Positions 11,127 through 22,275 are shown, numbered from the stretch's first letter. The stretch is DNA of 53,048 nucleotides from Pseudomonadota bacterium (GCA_023435325.1 JAEYRT010000072.1:1-53048), one strand, 5' to 3'. The notes: a model not told the origin generated them from the letters alone. A program made the numbers and translations.

Positions 11127-11591
11127 ATGAGTGCACACAATACTCACGCAGCTCACGGTGACCACCACGAGGAGCATGACGACCTGCACGTCACCTCGGG
11201 CGAGTACATCAAGGGCTTTATCCTGGCCGTCATCCTGACTGTCATCCCGTTTTGGCTGGTGATGGGTGACGTGATCCAAGATCGCGCCACTGCAGTCATG
11301 GTGCTGGGTCTTTTTGCAGTGGTTCAGGTGGTGGTGCACATGGTGTACTTCCTACACATGAACGGCAAGATCCAAGGCGGCTGGACCATGATGTCCACCA
11401 TCTTCTCCGTGGTGTTTGTGGTCATTACGATCGCAGGTACCTTGTGGGTGATGTTCCACATGAACACCAACATGATGCCTTCGCATGCAGAGCTGCCTGC
11501 GTTGACACAGCCAGGCGCACAGCCTGATCCTGCCACCCCTGCAGTGCAGCAGACTGCACCTGCAGCGGCCCATACAGGTCACGGCAACTGA
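11127..11591 (+). CDS. cyoD: Ubiquinol oxidase subunit IV
   Basis: His-rich N-terminus, YIKGFILAVILTVIPFWLVM, HMVYFLHMN. Confidence 0.93.
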   Translation: MSAHNTHAAHGDHHEEHDDLHVTSGEYIKGFILAVILTVIPFWLVMGDVIQDRATAVMVLGLFAVVQVVVHMVYFLHMNGKIQGGWTMMSTIFSVVFVVITIAGTLWVMFHMNTNMMPSHAELPALTQPGAQPDPATPAVQQTAPAAAHTGHGN

Positions 11592-11593
11592 AG

Positions 11594-12367
11594 ATGGCCG
11601 ACATTTCGGGAGCGCGTGGGCGCTCTCGCTCAACCTTCGTGAAGGCGGTGCTCGCGTTAGCGGGCATCGCCCTTTTTATTTCCTTCATCAGCTTGGGAAC
11701 CTGGCAGGTGCAGCGCCGTGCGTGGAAGCTGGACCTGATCGAACGCGTCAACACCCGTGTGCACAGCCAGCCGGTGCCTGTGCCAACGGTGGCGGACTGG
11801 CCGCAGGTCAAACCCGAGACGCATGAGTACCTGCCCATCCAGGCCCAGGGCCAGTGGATGCCCGGGCGCAGCGTGCTGACCCAGGCCGTCAGCGATCTGG
11901 GTGCAGGCTTCTGGGTGCTCACACCACTGCAGCAGGCCGATGGCACACAGTTGCTGGTGAACCGTGGCTTTATTCCTGCGGAGCAGCGCAAGGCGTTCGC
12001 CGAGCAGATTGCCCAATCCGCTCAAGATGCGACAGGTGAAACCATCACCATCGCTGGCTTGCTGCGCTTTACCGAGCCCAAGGGCGGCTTTATGCGCGAG
12101 AACGCACCGGCCGAAGACCGTTGGCATTCACGCGATATAGCCGCGATTGCCCAGGCCAAGGGCCTCAGCCATGTGGCGCCTTTCTTCATGGATGCAGGCT
12201 TGCCCACCCAAGCAGTGGCCCCGACATGGCCGCGCGCGGGGCTGACGGTGATCCAGTTCACCAACACCCATGCGGTGTATGCGCTGACCTGGTATGGCTT
12301 GGCGCTGATGGTGATCGGCGCTGCTTGGCTGGTGGTGCGTTATGAAAAGCGCAAGCAGGGCCGCTAA
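11594..12367 (+). CDS. SURF1 family protein
   Basis: LGTWQVQRRAWK, LVNRGFIP, NTHAVYALTWYGLA. Confidence 0.92.
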   Translation: MADISGARGRSRSTFVKAVLALAGIALFISFISLGTWQVQRRAWKLDLIERVNTRVHSQPVPVPTVADWPQVKPETHEYLPIQAQGQWMPGRSVLTQAVSDLGAGFWVLTPLQQADGTQLLVNRGFIPAEQRKAFAEQIAQSAQDATGETITIAGLLRFTEPKGGFMRENAPAEDRWHSRDIAAIAQAKGLSHVAPFFMDAGLPTQAVAPTWPRAGLTVIQFTNTHAVYALTWYGLALMVIGAAWLVVRYEKRKQGR

Positions 12368-12391
12368 AGCAGAGGCTCTGCAGTCCATCGG

Positions 12392-12425
12392 AAAACACAA
12401 AGGCCGCACATGCGGCCTTTGTTTT
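12392..12425. terminator. Bidirectional terminator between convergent surf1 and cyoE
   Basis: ACAAAGGCCGCA-CA-TGCGGCCTTTGT palindrome with A/T tails. Confidence 0.75.
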
Positions 12426-12429
12426 GGAT

Positions 12430-12464
12430 AGCTGCCAACGCCCAGTGGTTAAGCCTTGGCGCCT
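12430..12464. repeat. Single about 35-bp unit of the AGCTG palindromic repeat family (degenerate right end)
   Basis: (GAT)AGCTGCCAACGCCCAGTGGTTAAGCC; AAGC at unit positions 22-25 as in other copies. Confidence 0.5.
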
Positions 12465-12492
12465 TGCCGGGTTCGTTTTTTTCAACCGGGTT

Positions 12493-13395
12493 TTATGTGA
12501 CCAGGTAGTGGTCTATCAGCAGCGCGGCAAACACACCGCTGAGGTGAATCAGCGAGAAGCGGAAGGTCTTGCGCGCCAGGGCGTCGGAGTAGTTCATCCA
12601 CAGACGCAGCGCATACCAGCTAAAGCCCAGGCACAGCACCGAGGCCACGGCAAAGTACAGCCAGCCGCTCATGCCGAAAATCACGGGCAGCAGACAACCT
12701 GCAAACAGCACCAGGGTGTAGAGCAGGATTTGCAGCTGGGTGTACTTGGGGCCGTGCGTCACCGGCAGCATGGGCAGGCCGGATTTGCGGTAGTCCTCGA
12801 CGCGATACAGCGCCAGTGCCCAGAAATGGGGTGGTGTCCACAGAAAGATGATGAGGAACAGAATCAGCGCCTCGGGGCTGACTTCGCCAGTCATGGCCGC
12901 CCAGCCCAGCACGGGGGGCATGGCGCCCGATGCACCGCCAATCACGATGTTCTGAGGGGTGGCAGGTTTGAGCACCACGGTGTAGATCACGGCGTAGCCA
13001 ATGAAGGTTGCCAGCGTCAGCCACATGGTCAGCGGATTGGTGAAGGCCAGCAAGATGGCCGCGCCGGTCAGGCACAGGATGGCAGAGAAGGCCAGCGCCT
13101 GCTGGGGAGACAGCTCCCCTTTGGCCGTAGGGCGCCAGCTGGTGCGCTTCATGCGCGCATCAATGTGGCGCTCAACCAGGCAGTTAAAGGCAGCCGCAGC
13201 GGCCGACACCAGCCAGATGCCCAGGCAGGCAATCGCCATATCACCCAATTGCGCCAGGCTCGGAACACCGGGCACGGCCAGCACCATGCCGATCAGGGCA
13301 CAGAACACGATCAGCTGCACCACGCGCGGCTTGGTCAGTGCGTAGAACTGGCTCCAGCGGGAGCCCTGGGAATCACTCAAAGTTTGTGCAGTCAT
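12493..13395 (-). CDS. cyoE: Heme O synthase (protoheme IX farnesyltransferase)
   Basis: [47 protein letters not shown]-type overlap with ctaA. Confidence 0.94.
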   Translation of the reverse strand: MTAQTLSDSQGSRWSQFYALTKPRVVQLIVFCALIGMVLAVPGVPSLAQLGDMAIACLGIWLVSAAAAAFNCLVERHIDARMKRTSWRPTAKGELSPQQALAFSAILCLTGAAILLAFTNPLTMWLTLATFIGYAVIYTVVLKPATPQNIVIGGASGAMPPVLGWAAMTGEVSPEALILFLIIFLWTPPHFWALALYRVEDYRKSGLPMLPVTHGPKYTQLQILLYTLVLFAGCLLPVIFGMSGWLYFAVASVLCLGFSWYALRLWMNYSDALARKTFRFSLIHLSGVFAALLIDHYLVT

Positions 13396-14567
13396 GCAGC
13401 AACGCTCCGTGCGCCGTGGGGCGCATTTGTATCGTTTTGCAGCGCCAGGGCGCTGCGGGTGCGGGTGGAGGCCAGGGCCCAGGTCATCACCGTGACCAGC
13501 GCCGCAGCACCGCCGGTATGCAATACGGCCGCCACCAGCGGCCAGTCCAGTACCACGTTGGAGAGGCCAGTCAAAAATTGCAGGGCAATCAGGCCCAACA
13601 GCCATTTGCGCTGTCCGGCCAGCGCTGGGTGCCTGCGCAGGGCCAGCGCCAGTGCGACCACGGCTGCCACTACCAGATAGGCTGCCAAACGGTGGACGTA
13701 ATGGATGGCAGTCAGCGCCGCAAAGCTGATATGGCTGCCGTCGGACAGCAGCCCCAGGGGGCGCCAGATCTCAAAGCCCTGGGCAAAGTCCATCGCAGGC
13801 CACCAGTTGCCATTGCAGTCGGGGAAGGTGGTGCAAGCCAAAACGGCGTAGTTGGTGCTCACCCATCCGCCAAGTGCCACCTGGGCAAACAGCAGGCCAA
13901 ACACCAGCCACAACCCTGCACGCAATGGGCCACTGATGGGCGTGGGCTGCTGATGCATCACGGATTGCTGGTGGCCTACGGCCTGCACGCACAGTAACAC
14001 CAGCAGGAACAGGCCGCCCAGCAGGTGCAGGGTGACGATGGCGGGGAACAGTTTCATGGTCACCGTCAGCGCGCCAAAAGCGCCTTGCACTAGCACCCAG
14101 AACAGGGTGAATGCGGCCCACGCGGGGTGGCGTGCACCGTGCAGCGGGGTTTTGCGGTGTTCGCGCCAGGCCAGCACCAGCAGGGCGATGATGAGCACGC
14201 CCACCATGGTGGCCAGATAGCGGTGGATCATCTCGATCCAGGCTTTGCTCAGGGTCACGGGGCCGGTGGGCATGGCTGCTTCGGCGGCGGCAATATCCGC
14301 ACGTGCCCCGATGGGGCTGGAGCTGCCATAGCAGCCTGGCCAGTCGGGGCAGCCCAGGCCGGAGTCGGTCAGGCGCGTGAAGGCGCCAAACAGCACCAGA
14401 TCAAACGTGAGAAACAGGGTCAGCAGGCCCAGTGCCTGCAGGCGACGCGCCGAACCCGCGCCGCGGTTGCGGTGCCAGACCCACAACAGGGGTCCCAGGG
14501 CAATCACGGCGCCCAAGGCCATGAGTTCTAGCAGTGGCGCTAAATCGTAAAGAGGCTGTTCGCCCAT
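13392..14567 (-). CDS. ctaA: COX15/CtaA heme A synthase
   Basis: [42 protein letters not shown]; start uncertain (14567 or 14627). Confidence 0.88.
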   Translation of the reverse strand: MGEQPLYDLAPLLELMALGAVIALGPLLWVWHRNRGAGSARRLQALGLLTLFLTFDLVLFGAFTRLTDSGLGCPDWPGCYGSSSPIGARADIAAAEAAMPTGPVTLSKAWIEMIHRYLATMVGVLIIALLVLAWREHRKTPLHGARHPAWAAFTLFWVLVQGAFGALTVTMKLFPAIVTLHLLGGLFLLVLLCVQAVGHQQSVMHQQPTPISGPLRAGLWLVFGLLFAQVALGGWVSTNYAVLACTTFPDCNGNWWPAMDFAQGFEIWRPLGLLSDGSHISFAALTAIHYVHRLAAYLVVAAVVALALALRRHPALAGQRKWLLGLIALQFLTGLSNVVLDWPLVAAVLHTGGAAALVTVMTWALASTRTRSALALQNDTNAPHGARSVAA

Positions 14568-14867
14568 CAGCACTCCTGAAGCATTGGCTGAAACATGTCC
14601 GACGAAGATCTGCCAGGTCCGCTCCATGCAGCCTGGTCAGAGAGGGAGGTCTCCGAATGGCCCGCCTGGCGGGCGCGGCACCTTGTCTGACGCAAGGGAG
14701 CCGGGGTGATCATTCAGCCGGTACAGGCCACAGATTTGCACGGCACCTGCGCGGTGCCTATCGGGCAAAACCTTGATCTGGCGCAGATTCTATATTTCGC
14801 GCCTGTGGTTTGCAGCAGAGACCCTGAAAGCTGGCATGGCTGCATGCGGGTTTGCCAATAAAACAGG

Positions 14868-14943
14868 AGCTGCTTGCGTAGATAAATCAAGCATTTCAGA
14901 GTTAAAACTATCTGAAACGATTGTTTATAAAGCGTTAGCAGCT
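14868..14943. repeat. 76-bp imperfect palindromic element, copy A
   Basis: AGCTGCT...TTTCAGA-N10-TCTGAAA...AGCAGCT; aligns without gaps to copies at 22955, 39799 and 42097. Confidence 0.75.
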
Positions 14944-14950
14944 TCTATTT

Positions 14951-15631
14951 TTAATTTGCCAAATGGGTGGCGGCCAAGAGTGCGGGCAGCTTTGCCATGT
15001 CGTCAAACACCTTGCTGGCACCCGCATCCAGCAGCTGTTCGGGAGTGGAATGGGCATTGACCTTGGGGCAGTAGCCCCATACCGTCGCCCCGGCGCGCAC
15101 ACCGGCGGTAAGGCCGGGCACCGAGTCTTCAATCACCAGGCAGTGCTCGGGCGCGATGTCCAGCGATGCAGCGGCCGCCAGATACACATCGGGCCAGGGT
15201 TTGGTGCGGGGCAGGTCATGACCGCTGAAGACGTGGCTGCCAAAGTACGGCAGCAGGCCGACCTTCTCCAGTTGCATCAGCACCTTGGGCTTGTCCGCCC
15301 CGGACGCCACGGCGATCCGGCCACCCAGCTGCGCATGCACCTGGCGCACGGCTTCGACCGCGCCGTCAATGGCCACCAGTTCGGCGCGCAGGCGCTCGTT
15401 GCGGTGGGCGTAGAACGCGGCCATCCAGGCATCGGTCAGTGGTTTGCCGGTTTCGGCCTCGATGCGTGCTGTTTCACTGCGCACGGTCTTGCCGATGAAG
15501 ATGCGCATGCAGTCGGCTTCGGACAGCTCCCACCCCGCTTCATTGAGCATGGCGTGCAGCACACGGTTGGTGATGAGTTCGCTGTCGACCAGAACACCGT
15601 CACAGTCGAACAAAATGGCTTGAAATTGCAT
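14951..15631 (-). CDS. HAD family hydrolase (subfamily IA)
   Basis: FDCDGVLVDSE, KPWPDVY, IEDS motifs. Confidence 0.9.
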   Translation of the reverse strand: MQFQAILFDCDGVLVDSELITNRVLHAMLNEAGWELSEADCMRIFIGKTVRSETARIEAETGKPLTDAWMAAFYAHRNERLRAELVAIDGAVEAVRQVHAQLGGRIAVASGADKPKVLMQLEKVGLLPYFGSHVFSGHDLPRTKPWPDVYLAAAASLDIAPEHCLVIEDSVPGLTAGVRAGATVWGYCPKVNAHSTPEQLLDAGASKVFDDMAKLPALLAATHLAN

Positions 15632-15673
15632 GGCTGTCAGCGCTGCATGGGCAAGCGCCAGAGGTCAGAAAAA

Positions 15674-16096
15674 TTAAAACTGGTCGCCGTCCACGTAGAA
15701 CCAGCGGCCGTCCTCCCGCACAAAGCGGCTGCGTTCGTGGAGGCGCACGGCACGGCCCGCCACGCGAAAGCGCGCCACGAATTCCACTTCGGCCGTGGTG
15801 TCGCTGGTCGGCATGAAGGCCTTGACCTGCAGGCCCAGCCACTTGGCGCCAGGCTCGAAATCCAGGCTGGCCGGACGCTGGCTGTCATGCCACGTGGCCA
15901 GCAGATAGGGTGCACGCTCCAGCACAAAGGCCGTGTAGCGCGAGCGCATCAAATGTTCAGCATCCGGGGCGGGTGTGGTGTCCAGGTGTTCCACAAAGCG
16001 GCCGCAGCAGTCTGCATAGGCCAAGGCCTTGCCTTTGGAATGGGTGCGCCCGCAGGGGCAGGCGGCGCTGGGCTGCAAGTTCATGAAAGCGGTCAC
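15674..16096 (-). CDS. YchJ family (UPF0225, SEC-C-like) protein
   Basis: CPCG...YADCC, LMRSRYTAF, HERSRFVREDGRWFYVDG. Confidence 0.88.
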   Translation of the reverse strand: MTAFMNLQPSAACPCGRTHSKGKALAYADCCGRFVEHLDTTPAPDAEHLMRSRYTAFVLERAPYLLATWHDSQRPASLDFEPGAKWLGLQVKAFMPTSDTTAEVEFVARFRVAGRAVRLHERSRFVREDGRWFYVDGDQF

Positions 16097-16162
16097 AGAA
16101 AAACAGGTGGCGCTGATTGTGTGCCAAAAAATGAACGGGTGTTGCCGTCTTGCTTTGTGACG

Positions 16163-16178
16163 TTGACGTTCACGTCAA
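16163..16178. promoter_or_regulatory. LiuR operator (autoregulatory)
   Basis: Palindrome TTGACGTTCACGTCAA just upstream of liuR, resembling the known LiuR TTTACGTwAACGTAAA-type motif. Confidence 0.75.
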
Positions 16179-16189
16179 TAATGCAGGCC

Positions 16190-16612
16190 ATGAGCAAAGA
16201 CATAACGGCCCCACCCACCACTTATTCCATCAGCGATCTGGCCCAGGAATTCGACCTGACCACGCGCGCCATTCGCTTTTATGAAGACATGGGGTTGCTG
16301 CAACCGGAGCGCCAGGGAACAGGAGGGCGCACCCGTGTCTACAGCACGCGGGACCGTACGCGCCTGCGGCTGACGCTGCGCGCCAAGCGTTTGGGCCTGT
16401 CGCTGGTGGAAGCCAAGGAAATCATCGACCTGTACGACAGCCCGCGTGACACGGGTGTGCAGCTGGAGCGCTTTCTGGAGGTGCTGGGACAGCACCGCGA
16501 GCAACTGGAGACGCGCATGGAAGAGTTGCGGGTGACGCTGGACGAGATTCGCGCCCACGAAAAGGAAGCCAAGTCACTTTTGCGAAAACTGTTGAAAACA
16601 AAAGCTGCATAA
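16190..16612 (+). CDS. liuR: MerR-family regulator LiuR
   Basis: YSISDLAQEFDLTTRAIRFYEDMGLL...RDRTRLRLTLRAKRLGLSL; upstream of isovaleryl-CoA dehydrogenase. Confidence 0.88.
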   Translation: MSKDITAPPTTYSISDLAQEFDLTTRAIRFYEDMGLLQPERQGTGGRTRVYSTRDRTRLRLTLRAKRLGLSLVEAKEIIDLYDSPRDTGVQLERFLEVLGQHREQLETRMEELRVTLDEIRAHEKEAKSLLRKLLKTKAA

Positions 16613-16628
16613 TTGACGTTAACGTAAA
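16613..16628. promoter_or_regulatory. Second LiuR operator
   Basis: TTGACGTTAACGTAAA immediately after the liuR stop, upstream of the catabolic genes. Confidence 0.75.
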
Positions 16629-16667
16629 AGGAATAAGAGGCGAAAACCCCTTCGCCAAGGAGACAAG

Positions 16668-17111
16668 ATGGCCGACACTGAACGTCTGCAGCGTGTGCGC
16701 GAGAGCTTTGCGCTGCAAGGCGCCATGCACACACTGGGCGCACGCCTGACCCACTTGCAAGCGGGTGAGGTGGACATCTGCTTTGACTGGGCGCCCGGCC
16801 TGACGCAGCAGCACGGCTTCATCCATGCCGGCATGTTGTCCACGGCGCTGGATTCGGCCTGTGGCTATGCGGGCTTCAGCCTGATGCCGCCCGAGGCCGG
16901 GGTGCTGACCATCGAATTCAAATCCAATCTGCTGGCGCCCGCCAAGGGGCAGTCTTTCCGCTGCGAAGGACGTGTGCTCAAGCCCGGGCGCACCATCATC
17001 GTGGCTGAAGGAAGGGCCTATGCCCTGGACAACGGCCAGGAAAAACTCTGCGCGACCATGCAGTGCACGCTGATGGCCGTACAAGGGCGCCAAGACATTG
17101 CCGGGAAATAA
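16668..17111 (+). CDS. PaaI family thioesterase
   Basis: QQHGFIHAG...[21 protein letters not shown] hot-dog fold motifs. Confidence 0.88.
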   Translation: MADTERLQRVRESFALQGAMHTLGARLTHLQAGEVDICFDWAPGLTQQHGFIHAGMLSTALDSACGYAGFSLMPPEAGVLTIEFKSNLLAPAKGQSFRCEGRVLKPGRTIIVAEGRAYALDNGQEKLCATMQCTLMAVQGRQDIAGK

Positions 17112-17167
17112 AGCGGCCCGCAGACGGACGCATTCCACCCACCATTTCAGGATCAGGAGACAACAGC

Positions 17168-18349
17168 ATGAACAATTTGCCAGGCTTGAACTTTCAGCTC
17201 GGAGAAGACATTGACGCACTGCGTGATGCGGTGCGCGAATTTGCGCAAGCGGAGATTGCACCACGCGCGGCAGAGATCGACCGCAGCGACCAGTTTCCCA
17301 TGGATGTGTGGCGTAAGTTTGGCGACTTGGGCGTGCTGGGCATCACCGTGCCTGAAGCCTATGGCGGCGCCAACATGGGCTATTTGGCGCACATGGTGGC
17401 GATGGAGGAAATCTCGCGCGCCAGTGCCGCTGTAGGCTTGTCGTATGGCGCGCACTCCAATCTGTGCGTGAACCAGATCAACCGCAATGGCACGGAGGCC
17501 CAGAAGCAGAAATATCTGCCCAAGCTGATCAGCGGCGAGCACGTGGGCGCACTGGCCATGAGCGAGCCCGGCGCCGGTTCGGACGTGATCAGCATGAAGC
17601 TCAAGGCCGAGGACAAGGGCGGCTACTACCTGCTCAACGGCTCCAAGATGTGGATCACCAACGGCCCGGACGCCGACACGCTGGTGGTCTATGCCAAGAC
17701 CGAGCCGGAGATGGGCGCGCGCGGCGTGACGGCCTTTTTGATCGAAAAGGGCATGAAGGGCTTTTCCATTGCGCAAAAGCTCGACAAGCTGGGCATGCGC
17801 GGCAGCCACACGGGCGAACTGGTGTTCGAGAACGTGGAAGTGCCCGCAGAGAACGTGCTGGGGCAGGTCAACGGTGGTGCCAAGGTGCTCATGAGCGGTT
17901 TGGACTACGAACGCGCCGTGCTCACCGGAGGTCCGCTGGGCATCATGCAGGCTGTGATGGACAACGTGGTGCCCTACATCCACGACCGCAAGCAGTTTGG
18001 ACAGAGCATTGGCGAGTTCCAGCTCATCCAGGGCAAGGTGGCCGACATGTACACCGTGCTGCAGGCAGGTCGCTCGTTTGCCTACACCGTGGCCAAGAAT
18101 CTGGACATGCTGGGCACCGAACATGTGCGCCAGGTGCGCAAGGACTGCGCGAGCGTGATTCTGTGGACAGCCGAGAAGGCCACATGGATGGCGGGCGAAG
18201 GGGTGCAAATCTATGGCGGCAATGGGTATATCAACGAGTATCCGCTGGGCCGCCTGTGGCGAGATGCGAAACTCTACGAGATTGGCGCTGGCACCAGTGA
18301 AATCCGTCGCATGCTGATTGGTCGCGAGTTGTTCGCGGAAACCTGCTGA
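17168..18349 (+). CDS. liuA: Isovaleryl-CoA dehydrogenase
   Basis: [50 protein letters not shown] before ATG 17168. Confidence 0.94.
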   Translation: MNNLPGLNFQLGEDIDALRDAVREFAQAEIAPRAAEIDRSDQFPMDVWRKFGDLGVLGITVPEAYGGANMGYLAHMVAMEEISRASAAVGLSYGAHSNLCVNQINRNGTEAQKQKYLPKLISGEHVGALAMSEPGAGSDVISMKLKAEDKGGYYLLNGSKMWITNGPDADTLVVYAKTEPEMGARGVTAFLIEKGMKGFSIAQKLDKLGMRGSHTGELVFENVEVPAENVLGQVNGGAKVLMSGLDYERAVLTGGPLGIMQAVMDNVVPYIHDRKQFGQSIGEFQLIQGKVADMYTVLQAGRSFAYTVAKNLDMLGTEHVRQVRKDCASVILWTAEKATWMAGEGVQIYGGNGYINEYPLGRLWRDAKLYEIGAGTSEIRRMLIGRELFAETC

Positions 18350-18398
18350 TGGGTGGCGCACTGGCGGGCGCTGTTTTGCAACGAGAAAGGAATGCCAC

Positions 18399-19061
18399 AT
18401 GACCACTACCTCCATCGAAGAACTTTTTGTGCACAACAAAGAGTGGGCTGCCCAGATGGAGTGCGAACGACCCGGTTTTTTCACCGGCTTGATGGCACAG
18501 CAAAAACCCCGATACATGTGGATTGGCTGCTCGGACAGCCGCGTCCCTGCCAACCAGATCACAGGCCTGGAGCCCGGTGAAATCTTTGTGCACCGCAATG
18601 TGGCCAATGTGGTGGTGCCCAGCGATTTGAACTGTCTGTCCACCATCCAGTACGCCGTGGACCACCTCAAGGTGGAACACCTGATGGTCGTGGGCCACTA
18701 TGGCTGCGGTGGCGTGCTGGCTGCACTGGAAGGCATGCGCCTGGGCCTGGTGGACAACTGGACCCGCCACGTGCGCGATGTGCGCGACAAGCACTACGAC
18801 CTGATCATGGCCACGCCGGTGCAACATCGCCATGACGTGCTGTGTGAGCTCAATGCCATCGAGCAAGTGGTCAATGTGGCGCAAAGCACTGTCATGCGCG
18901 ATGCCTGGGCACGCGGCCAGAAAGTCTCGCTGCACGGCTGGTGCTATAGCCTGAAAAACGGCCACATCACCAACCTGGAGATGACGGTGCCCGGTGTGGG
19001 TGGGCTGCATGAGATCCACCAGGAAGCCGTGAAAAAAGTGGCAGCGCGCCAGCGCGACTGA
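18399..19061 (+). CDS. can: Beta-class carbonic anhydrase
   Basis: WIGCSDSRVP, FVHRNVAN, GHYGCGG. Confidence 0.94.
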   Translation: MTTTSIEELFVHNKEWAAQMECERPGFFTGLMAQQKPRYMWIGCSDSRVPANQITGLEPGEIFVHRNVANVVVPSDLNCLSTIQYAVDHLKVEHLMVVGHYGCGGVLAALEGMRLGLVDNWTRHVRDVRDKHYDLIMATPVQHRHDVLCELNAIEQVVNVAQSTVMRDAWARGQKVSLHGWCYSLKNGHITNLEMTVPGVGGLHEIHQEAVKKVAARQRD

Positions 19062-19155
19062 GTGGCCGAAGTAGCACAAGCACCATGAACTTGGAAAAAT
19101 GGCGCAGAGCGTGGCTCCAGGTGCATGGTGACCATGCACTGGCCCCGTTTGCTGC

Positions 19156-20970
19156 ATGAGAGGGGCTGCCGTGTTCCCGCAAAGACTGGATGCGCCGCAG
19201 GCCTATGACATTGCACTGGCCATGATGGAGGGCGTGCACCGCCACTATCAGCTGTTTCGTGCAGCGTCCCAGAGCGCCAAGGCGCGCTTCGAGCAGGCCG
19301 ACTGGCTGGGCCAGCAGCGAGCGCAAAGCGAGCGCATCGCGTTTTACGACCAGCGCGTCAATGAATGCGTGGCGCGGCTCAACCAGGAGTTCCGTGCGGA
19401 CAGTCTGCCCATGAATGTATGGCAGCAGGTCAAGCTGCACTACATCGGCCTCATGGTGGGGCATTTGCAGCCCGAGCTGGCAGAGACCTTTTTCAACTCC
19501 GTCACCACCAAAATCCTGCACCGCACGCACTTTCACAACGATTTCATCTTTGTGCGGCCTGCAGTCAGCACCGAATATCTGGAGGCGCCGGACGCACCCG
19601 CCTTTCGGGCGTTTTACCCTGGCAATCTGGATGCCCTGGTGCCCACACTGCACAGTGTGATCGGGCACTTTCAACTGCAGGCCAAGTTCGACAACCTGGG
19701 GCGTGATGTGGTGCTGCTGGCAGCGCGCATTCGCCAGCGTTTGCAGGGGCTGACCTTGCGTGCGAACCTGCAGATTCAGGTGCTCAGCAGCTTGTTCTTC
19801 CGCAACAAGGGGGCGTATGTGGTGGGTCGGATCATCACGGGCTACACCGAGATTGCCCTGGCCATTCCCATCCTGCACGCCAGCCACGGACGTGGTTTGG
19901 TGCTGCATGCGGTGTTGCTGGATGAAGAGGACTTGCATGGGCTGTTCAGCTTTGCGCGGGCGTATTTCATGGTGGACATGGCCGTGCCCAGCGCCTACGT
20001 GGAGTTTTTGCACAGTCTGATGCCGCGCAAGCCACGCGGTGAAATCTATAGCGCTCTGGGCTTGGCCAAACAGGGCAAGTCCATGTTCTACCGCGATTTG
20101 CTGCACCACCTGCGCCACAGCAGCGACCAGTTCCGCATTGCGCCCGGCATCCAGGGGCTGGTCATGCTGGTGTTTGATTTGCCGAGCTTTCCCTATGTGT
20201 TCAAGCTCATCAAAGACAGGTTTCCCGCGCCCAAGGAAACCACGCGCCAGGACGTGCAGGCCAAGTACCGCCTGGTCAAGCAGCACGACCGCGTAGGCCG
20301 CATGGCCGACACCATGGAATACAGCCTGGTGGCTTTGCCTCTGGAGCGTTTCTCGCCCGAGCTGCTGCAGGCCCTGCAAACACAGGCAGGCGCCCATGTG
20401 GAGATCAGTGACCGGGATGGTGACGGCAAGATGGAAGTCATCATTGACCATCTCTATATCGAGCGCCGCTTGCTGCCACTGAACATGTTCCTGAAAGAGT
20501 GCATGGATGCGGGGCTGGATCAACCCAAGCCGCGCGCAGCGTTAGAGCGTGCCGTGCTTGAGTACGGCAACGCCATCAAGGATCTGGTCGCGGCCAACAT
20601 CTTTCCCGGCGACATGTTGTGGAAAAACTTTGGGGTCACGCGTGGCGGCAAGGTGGTGTTCTACGACTATGACGAGATCGAATACCTGAGCGAGTGCAAC
20701 TTTCGCGCCGTGCCCGAGCCCCGCAACGAGGAGGAGGCCATGAGCGGCGAGATCTGGTGGCGAGTGGGGCCCAAGGATGTGTTCCCGGAGACGCTTGCGC
20801 CATTCCTGCTGGCCCATCCGGTGGTGCGCGATGTGTTCATGCGCTACCACGCCGATCTGCTCACGCCCGAATTTTGGAAGGCCCACCAGGCGCGCATTGC
20901 GCAAGGCCATGTGCACGATGTGTTTCCATATGACCGCAGCCGGCGCCTGCTGCCGGATGTGGTGCACTAG
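19156..20970 (+). CDS. aceK: Isocitrate dehydrogenase kinase/phosphatase
   Basis: ELAETFFNSV, APGIQGLVMLVF, HDRVGRMADT, NIFPGDMLWKNFG, VFYDYDEI; start may be GTG 19171. Confidence 0.95.
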   Translation: MRGAAVFPQRLDAPQAYDIALAMMEGVHRHYQLFRAASQSAKARFEQADWLGQQRAQSERIAFYDQRVNECVARLNQEFRADSLPMNVWQQVKLHYIGLMVGHLQPELAETFFNSVTTKILHRTHFHNDFIFVRPAVSTEYLEAPDAPAFRAFYPGNLDALVPTLHSVIGHFQLQAKFDNLGRDVVLLAARIRQRLQGLTLRANLQIQVLSSLFFRNKGAYVVGRIITGYTEIALAIPILHASHGRGLVLHAVLLDEEDLHGLFSFARAYFMVDMAVPSAYVEFLHSLMPRKPRGEIYSALGLAKQGKSMFYRDLLHHLRHSSDQFRIAPGIQGLVMLVFDLPSFPYVFKLIKDRFPAPKETTRQDVQAKYRLVKQHDRVGRMADTMEYSLVALPLERFSPELLQALQTQAGAHVEISDRDGDGKMEVIIDHLYIERRLLPLNMFLKECMDAGLDQPKPRAALERAVLEYGNAIKDLVAANIFPGDMLWKNFGVTRGGKVVFYDYDEIEYLSECNFRAVPEPRNEEEAMSGEIWWRVGPKDVFPETLAPFLLAHPVVRDVFMRYHADLLTPEFWKAHQARIAQGHVHDVFPYDRSRRLLPDVVH

Positions 20971-21022
20971 GACAACGTTTTTTTGATGGATTGGCAACGA
21001 TTAACACCATAAGGAGACCTGT

Positions 21023-22213
21023 ATGCCACAACACCAAGACCCCGTAGTGATCGTCAGCGCCGCACGCACACCCATGGGCGCATTCCAGGGCGACTTCGCG
21101 GATCTGGCTGCCCATGATCTGGGTGGCGCAGCCATCAAAGCCGCCGTCGAGCGCGCGGGGATTGCCCCTGAAAAAGTCGAGGAAGTGCTGTTTGGCAACT
21201 GCCTGATGGCTGGTCAGGGCCAGGCACCTGCACGCCAGGCGGGGTTCAAGGGCGGTCTGCCGCAAAGCACGGGCGCAGTCACGCTGTCCAAGATGTGCGG
21301 TGCGGGCATGGAAGCCACCATCCTCGCCCACGACCAGCTGATTGCTGGCAGCCGCGAAGTCATGATTGCCGGGGGCATGGAGAGCATGACCAATGCGCCC
21401 TACCTGCTGAAAAAAGGCCGCGCGGGCTACCGCATGGGGCATGACAAGGTCTATGACCACATGATGCTCGACGGCCTGGAAGACGCCTATGAAGCCGGCC
21501 GCAGCATGGGCACCTTTGGCGAGGATTGCGCGGCCAAGTACAGCTTCACGCGCGAGCAGCAGGATGCCTACGCCATTGCCAGCGTGCAGCGTGCACAGGC
21601 CGCCGCACAAAGCGGCGCGTTTGATGCAGAGATCACGCCGGTGACGGTCAAGACCCGCAAGGGCGAAGTGACAGTCAGCGTGGATGAAGGTCCGGCCAAG
21701 GCCAAGCTGGACAAGATTGGCAGCCTCAAGCCCGCGTTCAAGAAAGACGGCACCATCACCGCCGCCTCCAGCTCCAGCATCAACGACGGTGCTGCCGCCA
21801 TGGTGCTGATGCGCGAGTCCACAGCCAAAGCCATGGGCTGCAAGCCACTGGCCAAAATCGTCGCCCACGGCACACACGCCCAAGCGCCAGAATGGTTCAC
21901 GACGGCGCCTGTGGGGGCCACGCAAAAGGCCTTGCAAAAAGCGGGCTGGAACGTGGAGGACGTGGATCTGTGGGAAGTCAATGAAGCCTTTGCCGTCGTG
22001 CCCATGGCGCTGATGGCGGAACTCAACGTACCGCATGACAAGGTGAACGTGCACGGCGGTGCCTGCGCACTGGGCCACCCCATTGGTGCCAGCGGTGCGC
22101 GCATCCTCGTCACGCTGATCCATGCCTTGCAACGCCATGGCAAGAAAAAGGGTGTGGCTACGCTGTGCATTGGCGGCGGCGAAGGCACAGCCATGGCGAT
22201 TGAGCTGCTGTAA
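21023..22213 (+). CDS. Acetyl-CoA C-acyltransferase (thiolase)
   Basis: KMCGAG, NEAFA, GHPIGASG, CIGGGEG. Confidence 0.93.
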   Translation: MPQHQDPVVIVSAARTPMGAFQGDFADLAAHDLGGAAIKAAVERAGIAPEKVEEVLFGNCLMAGQGQAPARQAGFKGGLPQSTGAVTLSKMCGAGMEATILAHDQLIAGSREVMIAGGMESMTNAPYLLKKGRAGYRMGHDKVYDHMMLDGLEDAYEAGRSMGTFGEDCAAKYSFTREQQDAYAIASVQRAQAAAQSGAFDAEITPVTVKTRKGEVTVSVDEGPAKAKLDKIGSLKPAFKKDGTITAASSSSINDGAAAMVLMRESTAKAMGCKPLAKIVAHGTHAQAPEWFTTAPVGATQKALQKAGWNVEDVDLWEVNEAFAVVPMALMAELNVPHDKVNVHGGACALGHPIGASGARILVTLIHALQRHGKKKGVATLCIGGGEGTAMAIELL

Positions 22214-22275
22214 ACCACCAGGCGGTCAGTGCCTGCCTGTGCAGACGCTGACCTGCTGTTGTGAGAAGGGGCGAT

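Noticed and set aside
14773..14786. FNR-like TTGATCTGGCGCAG upstream of ctaA
   Set aside because: Only one half-site matches
14963..16189. 549-aa ORF suggesting an N-terminally extended MerR protein
   Set aside because: The upstream part is antisense to HAD and ychJ. The real liuR starts at about 16190, after its operator.
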